Source of the DNA: Omnitrophica WOR_2 bacterium RIFCSPHIGHO2_02_FULL_50_17
GTDB lineage: Bacteria; Omnitrophota; Gorgyraeia; Zapsychrales; Zapsychraceae
Assembly: GCA_001805645.1 (NCBI GenBank)
Contig: MHGQ01000041.1
Span: 1 to 52,614 of the forward strand
Length of the DNA stretch: 52,614 nt
Reading direction: 5' to 3'
Numbering within the stretch: position 1 is the stretch's first letter; each line of letters starts with the position of its first letter. A model generated the notes under the pieces. That model was not told the DNA's origin and searched no databases. It saw only the letters and a program-made list of their open reading frames with translations. This document shows positions 17,148-26,342 of this stretch, one piece after another. A program made the position numbers and the translations under genes.

Positions 17148-18278
17148 CTAATGATATCTTTTGACAAATAAATCTCTATATGTATTAAGTTCTTCCCGAC
17201 TATAAAGCCGCCCGTGGAAAGAAAATCCCGCCAATCCAAATCCATTTCGATTGCTTAAATCTCGGATTTCTAGAATATTAGCTTCAGTTATTTCGCCGCG
17301 ATTAATTGAAAAATTTTTACGCGCTCTTTCAAAACCTAAGGCGAGACCTTCTGCGACACATCCATAAATTGAATTGTCTCTAACAAAATTTAACCATTTT
17401 TTATTGCTACTATGACAATTAATTGTCGTTGCACGCCCCCCATCAAATGCAAAAATATCTTTCCTCCGGACAGTAAAATCATCGGTTAAGTTATAAGGCA
17501 ATGAAACATCACAAATTATTGAATATGGTTTAATATCCACAGGGTTTATAAGAGGGATAAAAGAACTGGTTGCCAACAAAACAACTTCAGCGTGTTTAAT
17601 TGCTTTACTGGAGTCATTCTCGATTGTTATTTTATCATTTAAAAAACTTATCTCCCTCACTACGGGGTCATCCTGTCGGATATTCCTTGAACACAAAATA
17701 ATTTTCCGAAATTTTTTTGCTAAAATTTTTGCACAAATACTTCCAATATCTCCCGTAGCTCCCACTATGCTTATGGTCAAATTTGCTGGGTTTACTTCTA
17801 GCCATTGGGAGGCTTCTAAAACACCCTCAATTGCAAGCGCCGCCGTAAGCGTATTGCCACTGGTTATGACAACATTGTTATTTCTTACAATTTCTGATAG
17901 ATATTGCTCATCATTGCAGGCTATAGAAGTAAATCCTGTCAACACAATAATTTGAGCTCCTTTCCTTATTGCATATTTTATTGCATTTAAAACTTTTTTA
18001 AGAGCCATCTCCTTATTAACTACTACTTCTTCTGGGAATACCCCACACATTATTCCAAGAACGTCTATTTTAAAATTCAGTGCGGATTTTAAATTGTGAA
18101 CGCACATAAAATTGTGTGGAGGTAGTTTTTGAAAACACTTCTTTACAATCTGTGGAGAGAGTTGATTCAAAAGCCACGCTATTAAACTGTCAAACGGAGA
18201 ATAAAAAAAAGTTTTTTCCTTAAACTCACTGACATTCATCGGATGGAGCACAAACGCAACTTTTTTTAAATTCGTCAT
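17148..18278 (-). CDS. Long-chain acyl-ACP reductase-like NAD(P)-dependent oxidoreductase (COG5322-like)
   Basis: TSGNTLTA, IVGATGDIGS, DGG, YGCVAE (Cys equivalent to AAR FACFAE) and NFS.NRG...GF motifs, as in cyanobacterial AAR. Confidence 0.75.
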   Translation of the reverse strand: MTNLKKVAFVLHPMNVSEFKEKTFFYSPFDSLIAWLLNQLSPQIVKKCFQKLPPHNFMCVHNLKSALNFKIDVLGIMCGVFPEEVVVNKEMALKKVLNAIKYAIRKGAQIIVLTGFTSIACNDEQYLSEIVRNNNVVITSGNTLTAALAIEGVLEASQWLEVNPANLTISIVGATGDIGSICAKILAKKFRKIILCSRNIRQDDPVVREISFLNDKITIENDSSKAIKHAEVVLLATSSFIPLINPVDIKPYSIICDVSLPYNLTDDFTVRRKDIFAFDGGRATTINCHSSNKKWLNFVRDNSIYGCVAEGLALGFERARKNFSINRGEITEANILEIRDLSNRNGFGLAGFSFHGRLYSREELNTYRDLFVKRYH

Positions 18279-18284
18279 ATGTTT

Positions 18285-19523
18285 CTAAATCGCCTGTTTC
18301 TTAAATGTTAAACACGTATTATTCCCCCCAAACGCCTGTGAATTATTCAAAACAATTTTTATCTTATGTTTTCGCCCTTTGTTCGGCACGCAATCGATGT
18401 CACACTCAGGGTCTTTGGTCTCGTAATTGATCGTCGGCGGGAGTTCGCTGTTTTTGATGGCCAGGCAGCAGGCAATTGTCTCCAGCGCCGCCGAGGCCCC
18501 CATGGTATGGCCCAGCATGGATTTGATGGAGCTCATGGGGATCTCGCCGGCCCGTTTGCCGAATACCCTGTAAACGGCCGCACATTCCGCCCGGTCATTG
18601 ACCTTTGTCCCGGTCCCGTGGGCGCTGATGTAATCCACATCGCTGATATCCACCGCCGAGGCCTGTAAAGCCTTCCGCATGGCCTTGCAAATACCATCAA
18701 CAGACGGTTCCGTCATATTGCCGGCATTGCAGGACATGCCATAGTCGAGGACCTCCGCGTAAATGGGCGCTTTTCGTTTTAAAGCGCCCTCCAGCGTCTC
18801 CAGGAAAACCATTCCCGCCCCTTCCCCGGGGACCATGCCGGTACGGTTTTTATCGAACGGCCGGCATTTATCCGTGGCCACATTCAGCAAACGGCAAAAA
18901 CCGCTGTAGACAGTGCGTGAGAACGCTTCAGCACCGCCGCTTAAGGCAAAATCCACCCGGCCCAACCGAATAAGGTCTGCGGCATAACCGACAGCATAAC
19001 TCCCCGAGGCGCAGGCGTTCGTAAACACGCTATTCTCACCGTTGAGATTAAGCTCCAAGGAAACATTCCCGCTTAAACCGTTGACCGGAAACCCCAAAAA
19101 GTATTTATTGTCAACAGAAAGACAGTGCGCGTCCATCTTAAGATCATCAAAACGCTCCAATATATTACTCTCACCAGCCGTTGTCCCGATCATGACCGCG
19201 GTTGTGTGCTTTGAAAGGGTGCGGTGGTTCATTTTTGCGTCATCCATGGCCAGTTTGCTGGCGGCAATGGCCAGTTGCGAGGCGCGGCCGATTTTCTCGG
19301 CTTTTTGCCGGCGCATAAAATCCTCCGGATGAAAATCCTTGACCTCTCCGCCGATGTGGCAACTGTGCGAAGACGTGTCGAAGGCCGTGACCGGGGAGAT
19401 CCCCGACTTGCCCGCCATAATATTCTTCCAGAACTCCTGCCAGCCGATGCCCAAAGAGGAGATGACCCCGAGGCCGGTGACGACGACGCGGCGATTTGAA
19501 TTCTGATCAGTGGATTTTATCAT
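18285..19523 (-). CDS. fabF: Beta-ketoacyl-ACP synthase II-like (active KS)
   Basis: VVVTGLG, NACASG (catalytic Cys), AHGTGT, KSMLGH, AFGG. Confidence 0.88.
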   Translation of the reverse strand: MIKSTDQNSNRRVVVTGLGVISSLGIGWQEFWKNIMAGKSGISPVTAFDTSSHSCHIGGEVKDFHPEDFMRRQKAEKIGRASQLAIAASKLAMDDAKMNHRTLSKHTTAVMIGTTAGESNILERFDDLKMDAHCLSVDNKYFLGFPVNGLSGNVSLELNLNGENSVFTNACASGSYAVGYAADLIRLGRVDFALSGGAEAFSRTVYSGFCRLLNVATDKCRPFDKNRTGMVPGEGAGMVFLETLEGALKRKAPIYAEVLDYGMSCNAGNMTEPSVDGICKAMRKALQASAVDISDVDYISAHGTGTKVNDRAECAAVYRVFGKRAGEIPMSSIKSMLGHTMGASAALETIACCLAIKNSELPPTINYETKDPECDIDCVPNKGRKHKIKIVLNNSQAFGGNNTCLTFKKQAI

Positions 19524-19590
19524 TTGTTTTCGTTGAACGTTGACAGGTATCGCGGCTGGAAACGGCGATATCTTTCAACAGACATCGTCA

Positions 19591-20043
19591 TCAATCCCGC
19601 CTCAAGCTATAAAAAATCTGAATATCCGCTATTGTTTCTTCTTTTACGCAAACACGCACGTCCATATACCCGCCGGTCTTAAGCGCCCGGCCGGAAAGCG
19701 TCTTTAAAACGACCTGATCACCGGCGTAGACGGAGCGGACAAACTCGGCCTTCACCTGCCCTAGAAAAATTCTCGAGGCCGATGCTAAACTTTCCTCATG
19801 CGTCAGCCTGTAAAACAAAATCGCCGCCTGCGCCGCGGCTTCCAGAAGCAATGTCTCGGGAAAGACGCTGGATTGCCATTGTGGGTTGGCGAACATCCAC
19901 TCATTGGCGGTGATATTCTTGACGGCCGTGAGGCTCTCTCCCTTTTTAAATTCAATCACCCGGTCAATCATAACAAACGGGTACGCCTGCGGCAGGATCC
20001 GGGCGATGTCCCTGTGATCAAGGCAAGCCGCCGCTTCCCTCAC
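19591..20043 (-). CDS. FabZ/FabA-like hotdog dehydratase homolog (catalytic His motif degenerate)
   Basis: ILPQAYPFVMIDRV...AVKNITANE...LLLEAAAQ; GTG start overlaps the upstream TGA (GTGA). Confidence 0.8.
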   Translation of the reverse strand: MREAAACLDHRDIARILPQAYPFVMIDRVIEFKKGESLTAVKNITANEWMFANPQWQSSVFPETLLLEAAAQAAILFYRLTHEESLASASRIFLGQVKAEFVRSVYAGDQVVLKTLSGRALKTGGYMDVRVCVKEETIADIQIFYSLRRD

Positions 20044-21287
20044 GCGCACCGCCCCAGGACCATGCAGCAGTTGCTGCCGTTGGGCCCAAAAGTTATGACA
20101 AGCGCCTTGTCGACTTTTGCCGGTCGCGACTGGTTCGGGACATAATCCAGGTCGCAGTCCGGGTCCGGTTCGTTTAAATTCACCGTCGGCGGGACAAACC
20201 CCTCCCGCAGAACCCCCACCGCCGCCGCGGCCGCAAACGCCCCCGAGACGCTGTAACATTCTCCGGTCATGGACTTGATGGAACTGACCGGGATCTCGTA
20301 AGCGCGCTTGCCGAAGACTTCTTTGATGGCCTCGGTTTCGATTTTATCCGCGGCCACGGTCGAGTTGGCATTGGCACAGATATACCCGATGTCCTGCGGC
20401 TCCACCCCGGCGTTTTCCAGCGCGTTTCTCATCGCGGCCTTCACCCCGGTCCCGGCCGGGTTATATTTATGAAGGCGAAATGGATCAAAATAATACCCGA
20501 ACCCGAGGACCTCGCCTAAAATCTGCGCCTTGCGGCTGCGCGCGTGTTCATAATCCTCCATCGCCAGAAGGCATGCCCCTTCGCCGAAGGTGACCCCGTT
20601 GCGCCGCCGGTCAAAGGGGCAATTGACGAACGCCCCGCCGTTGGTGCCGGATAAAAATTTGAGCGCATGAAAACCCTCGAAGGTGAGCTCACACATCTCC
20701 TCCACCCCGCCGGTAAAAATGAGTTTGGCGCGCTCCATCTGCAAAAAGTCATACGCGTAGCTCATCGCGTCCAGACTGGCCGTGAAACCGGTGGAGATCG
20801 TGGTATTAAACCCTTGAATATTGTTCCAGATGGAAACCTGGCTGGCGGGGGAATTGATGACGGTATTGGGAAAAAGGGCGGGGTTAACGTAACGGGGGCC
20901 TTCCTTCAAGGTCACCATGTCAAAATCGCTGATGCTTTTGATGCTTCCCAGGGTCGTCCCGACGGAAACACCCACATCGTCCGTGTTTTCCTCCGTAATG
21001 GTAAAGCCGCTGTCCGCAATGGCTAGCTTGGAGGCGGAAACCAGAAGCTTGGTGCTGCGGTCGAGGGTCCGCAGGCCCTTGGGGCCCATATAACGCACGG
21101 CGTCGAAATCGCTGATCTCACCGGCGACATTCACCGAAAACCGGTCGGTGGGAAACAGCGTCACGGGACGGTAACCGATCTTCCCGTCTTTAAGCGCCTG
21201 CCAGAATTCCTTCCTGCCCTGTCCGGTGCTGGCCAGGATCCCCAGGCCTGTAATCACCACCCGCTTATCGGCCGGTGAGTTGCTCAT
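20040..21287 (-). CDS. Ketosynthase homolog lacking catalytic triad (chain-length-factor-like)
   Basis: KS fold, but STGFTASL (Cys to Phe), CANANST (His to Asn), KSMTGE (His to Glu). Confidence 0.85.
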   Translation of the reverse strand: MSNSPADKRVVITGLGILASTGQGRKEFWQALKDGKIGYRPVTLFPTDRFSVNVAGEISDFDAVRYMGPKGLRTLDRSTKLLVSASKLAIADSGFTITEENTDDVGVSVGTTLGSIKSISDFDMVTLKEGPRYVNPALFPNTVINSPASQVSIWNNIQGFNTTISTGFTASLDAMSYAYDFLQMERAKLIFTGGVEEMCELTFEGFHALKFLSGTNGGAFVNCPFDRRRNGVTFGEGACLLAMEDYEHARSRKAQILGEVLGFGYYFDPFRLHKYNPAGTGVKAAMRNALENAGVEPQDIGYICANANSTVAADKIETEAIKEVFGKRAYEIPVSSIKSMTGECYSVSGAFAAAAAVGVLREGFVPPTVNLNEPDPDCDLDYVPNQSRPAKVDKALVITFGPNGSNCCMVLGRCA

Positions 21288-21317
21288 ACGTCCCTGTTCG
21301 CGCTCTTCAAGGGAATC

Positions 21318-21572
21318 CTATTTGTTGATAATCTTGGCAACGATTTCGACGGTCTTGTTCAAACTGGTAAATTTGCTCAGTTGCTCCTCGGGAATCACGA
21401 TCTTGTATTTCTTCTCGATTCCCGCCAGGATTTCCAGCGCCATCATCGAGTCCATGCCTAAATCCGTTGTGAACTGCGCATCATCGCTGATTTTTTCGGC
21501 GTCGGATTCGATAATCTCGGCGATCATCGCCCGGATATCTTCCTTGACATCAACAGCCGACTTCAATTTCAT
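21318..21572 (-). CDS. Acyl carrier protein
   Basis: DLGMDSMMALEI phosphopantetheine site; acidic, 84 aa; AAGGAGG RBS. Confidence 0.92.
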   Translation of the reverse strand: MKLKSAVDVKEDIRAMIAEIIESDAEKISDDAQFTTDLGMDSMMALEILAGIEKKYKIVIPEEQLSKFTSLNKTVEIVAKIINK

Positions 21573-21672
21573 AATGTTATTGCCCTCCTTGTTAAATTTC
21601 CATTTTCCAGCATTTCGGCGCTGGTTGAATGCGTTTTGGGATCGCGGCTAAACGGTAATCCTTTCCTCAAAA

Positions 21673-21767
21673 CAGGTTACCGGGATATCAGAGGATCAGT
21701 GGGCAGGATATCAGGGATCCGTGAATCAGGAAAAGCAAAGTTACGGCTTCCTGATCCGCTGATTTCC
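21673..21767. repeat. Degenerate inverted ~8-mer array (ATCAG/CTGAT) in the ACP operon leader
   Basis: cgggatat cagaggat cagtggg caggatat cagggatc cgtgaat cagg ... cctgatccgctgatttcc. Confidence 0.6.
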
Positions 21768-21788
21768 TTTTGCTTAATATTTTTGTTT

Positions 21789-21818
21789 ATTATAGTGCCC
21801 AAGCGCGGCGGGGGTCAA
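21789..21818 (-). promoter_or_regulatory. sigma70 promoter of the ACP-KS-reductase-kinase operon
   Basis: Minus strand TTGACC-18 bp-TATAAT. Confidence 0.6.
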
Positions 21819-21851
21819 GGAGTTTGGCAGGTTTTTCAGGAAGGCTTCTGA

Positions 21852-22145
21852 TTACCAGACTTTCCGTAAGGCATCGATACTGCTCATATAATCATCATGA
21901 TCCAGATGGACGGCCGCCCCATGTTCGGCTAGAAAATCCATCGCCTCCGAAACCGAAACATCCAATTCTGCCGCCAAGCGTCCTAATGATATTTTACCGT
22001 GACGGTAGCGCTCCAGAAGTAAAAATCGCCACCCGTATTCCAATAGCTCCCTGGCGGACTGTGATCGGTCCTTTTTCCCCTGCTTAGCTCATTTAAAGAT
22101 ATGCCGTTGCTCCTGCGCATTCAACCGCAGACTTATCACGTTCAT
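21852..22145 (-). pseudogene. UPF0175-like putative antitoxin with in-frame TGA at codon 19
   Basis: MNVISLRLNAQEQRHIFK*AKQGKKDRSQSARELLEYG...YRHGKISLGRLAAELDVS; no cognate toxin downstream. Confidence 0.65.
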
Positions 22146-22161
22146 TTTTTATGGCAGGTTC

Positions 22162-22836
22162 TCAATATCCTGCGGCGTGCGGATGTTGAGGCAAGGCCTG
22201 CTCCAGAGAGGCTGCTTCTTTTTTCAATCTTATATTATCCTCTTTGAGAACGGCGAGTCTTTGGTGAATCCAATCCCTGCTGTCGGGCAATTGGTGTTTG
22301 AGCGCCGTCTGCCTTTGCCTGAGGTGCTCGATCGTCTTTAAAGGCTGGGCGCTCTCTTTTTCCATCCTCGCCAAATCTTCTTGCGCCTTCCGGACATTTC
22401 TTCGGCTTTGCCGGACAGAAACCAAAAGGGCATTCCCTTGTCCCTTCGACAGCCTGGGCGACGCGCCTGCCGATACCATCCCCGTCTTGGCCTGCAAGCG
22501 GGCAATGTCCGCCTGAAGGGCTTTTATTTTCACGTCCACATCTTCTTTCCTGCCCGTCTCCACCGGCCCGCCCTGTTCTCTTTTTCTTAACAATGCGTGC
22601 TTCCTGGCCTCCAAAAACTTTAACTCCTCGTCCAGAGATTGGATGTGTTTCTCGTAACCAGTGATTTCCGAGGCAAGAAAATCATTTTTATCCGCCAGAT
22701 TCCGGAAGCTCTCCTTAAGGCCAGCGAGGCTCAACTCCAGCATGGCCTCGGCGGAGCCGTGCGGGGATGTCTGGGCAAAGCCGGGATGCGTGAGCGCGCC
22801 TATAAAAATGACCGTTAATAAATATTTCTTCATCAT
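22162..22836 (-). CDS. Hypothetical secreted coiled-coil protein
   Basis: Signal peptide, heptad-rich sequence, coupled to the pilC stop. Confidence 0.7.
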   Translation of the reverse strand: MMKKYLLTVIFIGALTHPGFAQTSPHGSAEAMLELSLAGLKESFRNLADKNDFLASEITGYEKHIQSLDEELKFLEARKHALLRKREQGGPVETGRKEDVDVKIKALQADIARLQAKTGMVSAGASPRLSKGQGNALLVSVRQSRRNVRKAQEDLARMEKESAQPLKTIEHLRQRQTALKHQLPDSRDWIHQRLAVLKEDNIRLKKEAASLEQALPQHPHAAGY

Positions 22837-24044
22837 TATAAGATCTGAACAATCGTGAGAATGGGCAAGAAAAGCGCAATAACGATAAATCCAATGACTA
22901 CGCCTAAGAACCCAATCACCAGCGGCTCGATGATGCTGGTAAGCCCATCCACCGCGGCATCGACCTGATCGTCATAGAATTCGGCAATCTTCAGAAGCAT
23001 CTTTTCCATCTGCCCCGTTTTCTCGCCGATGCTGATCATCCGCGTCACCATCGGCGGGAAAACCCCGCTTTTAATGAGCGGCCCCGCCAGGCTCTCCCCC
23101 TCGCGCACGCTTCCCTTGACCTCGTCAATGACTAGTTCCAGGACGCGGTTTCCGATCGTCTTTCCGACAATCTCCAGGGATTCCAGGATGGGAACGCCGC
23201 TCTGGATGAGGGTGGCCAAGGTGCGGCTGAAACGGCTGATAGCGACCTTGCGCATCAATTCGCCGAAAATCGGTATCCTCAAAACAGCCCGGTCAATAAC
23301 GAGCGCCCCTTTTTCGGTCTTATGCCACTGCCTGAGAAAAACGATAATCGCGGCGGCGCCGGCGACAAACCACAGCAAATGATGCTTGAGGGCATCACTT
23401 ACGGTCATGAGCATCTGTGTCATGGCCGGCAGATCCCGGCCGAAGGAATCATAGATGCCCTTAAAGGTCGGCACGACCTTAACCAAAAGGACGACCGTGA
23501 TGATAATCGCCATGGAAACAACGACCATGGGATACATAAGAGCCGCTTTCACCTTACGCTTCAGGCGCAGAATCTTTTCCAAATACGACGAGATACGGTC
23601 CAGAATCGCGCTCAACACCCCGCCGGTCTCGCCGACCTTAATCATGTTGACAAAAAGACCGTCGAAGACGTTGGGGTGCTTGGCGAAGGCCGCGGAAAGG
23701 CTGCTTCCGCTCTGGATATCATCACGGACACTGATGAGGACTTTTTTGAACAAGGGGTGGGTCACCTGATCCTGGAGGGCGTCTAACCCCTGGATGATGG
23801 GAATCCCGGCATCCACCATGGTGGCTAATTGGCGCGTGAAAATCACGATTTCATCCGCTTTGACCTTTTTGCTTCTGAAGGTGCCGCGTCTGCCGCTCAC
23901 TCCTTCTTTGATCTCGGCAAGCGAGATAATGACCAGCTGGCGCTTGCGAAGCTCCTCGATAACGGCGACCTTGCTCTCCGCCGCAATCTTACCGCCTACG
24001 GTGCGGGAATCCTTATTTTTGGCGACATATCTAAAGGTGGGCAT
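22836..24044 (-). CDS. pilC: Type IV pilus/T2SS inner-membrane platform protein (PilC/GspF)
   Basis: FTRQLATMVDAGIP, GETGG, RFSRTLATLIQSGVPI, GEKTG, IEP motifs. Confidence 0.93.
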   Translation of the reverse strand: MPTFRYVAKNKDSRTVGGKIAAESKVAVIEELRKRQLVIISLAEIKEGVSGRRGTFRSKKVKADEIVIFTRQLATMVDAGIPIIQGLDALQDQVTHPLFKKVLISVRDDIQSGSSLSAAFAKHPNVFDGLFVNMIKVGETGGVLSAILDRISSYLEKILRLKRKVKAALMYPMVVVSMAIIITVVLLVKVVPTFKGIYDSFGRDLPAMTQMLMTVSDALKHHLLWFVAGAAAIIVFLRQWHKTEKGALVIDRAVLRIPIFGELMRKVAISRFSRTLATLIQSGVPILESLEIVGKTIGNRVLELVIDEVKGSVREGESLAGPLIKSGVFPPMVTRMISIGEKTGQMEKMLLKIAEFYDDQVDAAVDGLTSIIEPLVIGFLGVVIGFIVIALFLPILTIVQIL

Positions 24045-24543
24045 CTGAATCGTTCTCAGGAGGCTCTAGGCCATACCAGCGGTCAATGGCCGTCTCAATT
24101 TCCCGGCGGGTGGCGATAAAGGGGGCGACCTTACAATGCGTATGGCGGCGCACATGCGTCTTGACGAAAGTATCAAAGGGATTCAGCATCACAAGGCTTA
24201 AAATATCCCCTACCCGGTCAAGAGGGATCACGCGGTGGCGGCAGACAACCTCACGGGGAACAAGCTGAAGGACGTTTCTGTCAATCTCATAACGGTCAAT
24301 GGCAATGTAGGGAATGTTGCACTGGACGACCAAAGCGGCAACAATATCCCGGTCATCGACAAACTTAAACCCGATGAGGATCTCGCCGATATAACCGCCT
24401 TTTTCCTTCTGAATCTTCAAAGCCTGATTCAACTGAAGGCGGGTAATCCTCTCGCGGTCGATGAGGATTTCCCCCAGGAGCCGTTTTTTGGGTGTCGCAT
24501 CGATTTCATCGACGGTCATCTCACACCTCAGCGTCATAGGCAA
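24031..24543 (-). CDS. Stand-alone MshEN/GspE N-terminal domain protein
   Basis: RLLGEILIDRERIT..QLNQALKIQ...IGEIL; no ATPase domain. Confidence 0.8.
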   Translation of the reverse strand: MPMTLRCEMTVDEIDATPKKRLLGEILIDRERITRLQLNQALKIQKEKGGYIGEILIGFKFVDDRDIVAALVVQCNIPYIAIDRYEIDRNVLQLVPREVVCRHRVIPLDRVGDILSLVMLNPFDTFVKTHVRRHTHCKVAPFIATRREIETAIDRWYGLEPPENDSDAHL

Positions 24544-24626
24544 CTTTTACGGTGTTATCCATTGAAAATTCTATCATAAAATACGGCTCACAGATAAGAA
24601 AACACAAAAAAATGCGGCCAACCCCT

Positions 24627-26336
24627 TTATTCGCTGGTTGTCACCCGAAGGACCTCCTCCAGCGTGGTCTCCCCTGAGACACACTTTTCCATGGCATCCT
24701 CCCACAACGTCGCCATGCCCTTCTCTTTTTGCGCATAACGCTTGATATCGTCCGAAGATTTCCCGTTCAAGAGCATCTCCCGCACCGTGTCGTCAATATC
24801 CAAAACCTCTACGATGCCCATCCGTCCGCGGTAGCCGGTCTGACGGCAGGCCTCACATCCCTTGCCGTGGTAAAAGACGGTCCCCGCTTTGAATTTATAA
24901 TCCAGCCGGCCGAGGACATCTTTGGGGATCTCTAAGGGTTGTTTGCACTGTTCGCAAATTTTGCGGCATAGGCGCTGGGCGCTCACCAGGATTAAGCTGG
25001 AGGCAACCAGAAACGGCTCTACCCCCATGTCCACCAGCCGCGTGAGAGCCCCGGCGGCATCATTGGTATGAAGAGTCGAGAGCACCAACTGTCCCGTCAA
25101 AGAGGCCTTGATGGCGACATCGGCGGTCTCATTGTCGCGGATCTCGCCGACCATCACGACATCCGGACTCTGCCGCAAGATGGCGCGTAACCCTTCGGCA
25201 AAGGTCAATCCGATTTCCGGACGGGTATGAATCTGCGTGAGGCCGTCCACCAAGTATTCCACCGGGTCCTCGACCGTAACGATATTCTTATCCACCGTAT
25301 TCAGGACATTGAGGACAGAGTAAAGGGTGGTGGATTTGCCGCTTCCCGTCGGACCGGTGACCAGAATCATCCCAAAAGGCTTCTTCACGGCCTCCTGCAT
25401 GATCTTGAGAGGCTCTTCCGTAAAACCCAGCCCTTCCAGTCCGGCGGAAAGATTGGCCTTGTCCAAGATGCGCATAACGACCTTTTGCCCGAACGTCGTC
25501 GGAAGAATGGAAACGCGAAAGTCGACCTCCCGGCTGACAATCCGCAGCTTGAACCTGCCGTCCTGCGGCAGATGAATACACGTAATGTCCAGACGGGACA
25601 TAATCTTGAGGCGCACAATAATCGCATTCTGGTTTTCCTTGGGGATTTCCAGGATGTCCTGCAGCACCCCGTCGATGCGGTAACGCACCCGCATCCCCTC
25701 GGAGGCAGGCTCCATATGGATATCAGAGGCCCTCTGCCTTAAGGCCTCCTTGATAATCAGATTCACCATCCGTATGATCGGGGCCCTCTCGCTTTCGTCA
25801 ACCACATTATCCGTGTCCAGGCCGTGCTCCTGTTCGCTCACAATTTCGAATTCGCCGGCTTCGATATCCTTGCTGATATCCGCAACGCTGGCGGCCTTCG
25901 GCTCGCCGTAGTATTCGTCGAGGGCCTTGGCGATTTCCTCGCTCGTGCTCATGACGGCCTCGATCTCTTTACCGGTGATATTCTTCAAATCGTCGATGGC
26001 AAAGACGTTGAGGGGATCAGAAAGGGCAACGGTCACAGAATTTTCCAGGGACGAAAGGGGAATGATGCGGTATTGACGGGCCACGCGCTCCGGGATGATT
26101 TCCTTTAATGAGGGGTCGATCTTATATTTGCCTAAATTAATAAAAGGGATATTGAGCTCCCGCACCAACAGGACCAGGAGATCCTTCTCACTCACCAGTC
26201 CCTTCTCGATGAGCGCCTTGTCCAGGCTGATGCCCTTGCTCTTCTGCAAAGCAACCGCCTCATCGATATCCTTCTGTTTAAGATGCTGCGACCTGATCAG
26301 AGTCTTCAGAACTTTGTCTTTGAGCGTCTCAGGCAT
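24627..26336 (-). CDS. pilB: Type IV pilus assembly ATPase PilB/GspE family (paralog 2)
   Basis: ASDIHMEP, GPTGSGKST, LRQSPDVVMVGEIRD, STLHTND, tetra-Cys. Confidence 0.9.
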   Translation of the reverse strand: MPETLKDKVLKTLIRSQHLKQKDIDEAVALQKSKGISLDKALIEKGLVSEKDLLVLLVRELNIPFINLGKYKIDPSLKEIIPERVARQYRIIPLSSLENSVTVALSDPLNVFAIDDLKNITGKEIEAVMSTSEEIAKALDEYYGEPKAASVADISKDIEAGEFEIVSEQEHGLDTDNVVDESERAPIIRMVNLIIKEALRQRASDIHMEPASEGMRVRYRIDGVLQDILEIPKENQNAIIVRLKIMSRLDITCIHLPQDGRFKLRIVSREVDFRVSILPTTFGQKVVMRILDKANLSAGLEGLGFTEEPLKIMQEAVKKPFGMILVTGPTGSGKSTTLYSVLNVLNTVDKNIVTVEDPVEYLVDGLTQIHTRPEIGLTFAEGLRAILRQSPDVVMVGEIRDNETADVAIKASLTGQLVLSTLHTNDAAGALTRLVDMGVEPFLVASSLILVSAQRLCRKICEQCKQPLEIPKDVLGRLDYKFKAGTVFYHGKGCEACRQTGYRGRMGIVEVLDIDDTVREMLLNGKSSDDIKRYAQKEKGMATLWEDAMEKCVSGETTLEEVLRVTTSE

Positions 26337-26342
26337 ATCTTT

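Noticed and set aside
17148-18278. Cyanobacterial-type alkane pathway or shikimate dehydrogenase
   Set aside because: No aldehyde-deformylating oxygenase nearby; motifs fit the AAR-like family, not AroE.
10875-22091. Genome-wide stop-codon reassignment explaining the internal TAG and TGA
   Set aside because: TAG and TGA both end conserved genes at expected positions (e.g. TAG at 17148 and 14152; TGA in the GTGA overlap at 20040).
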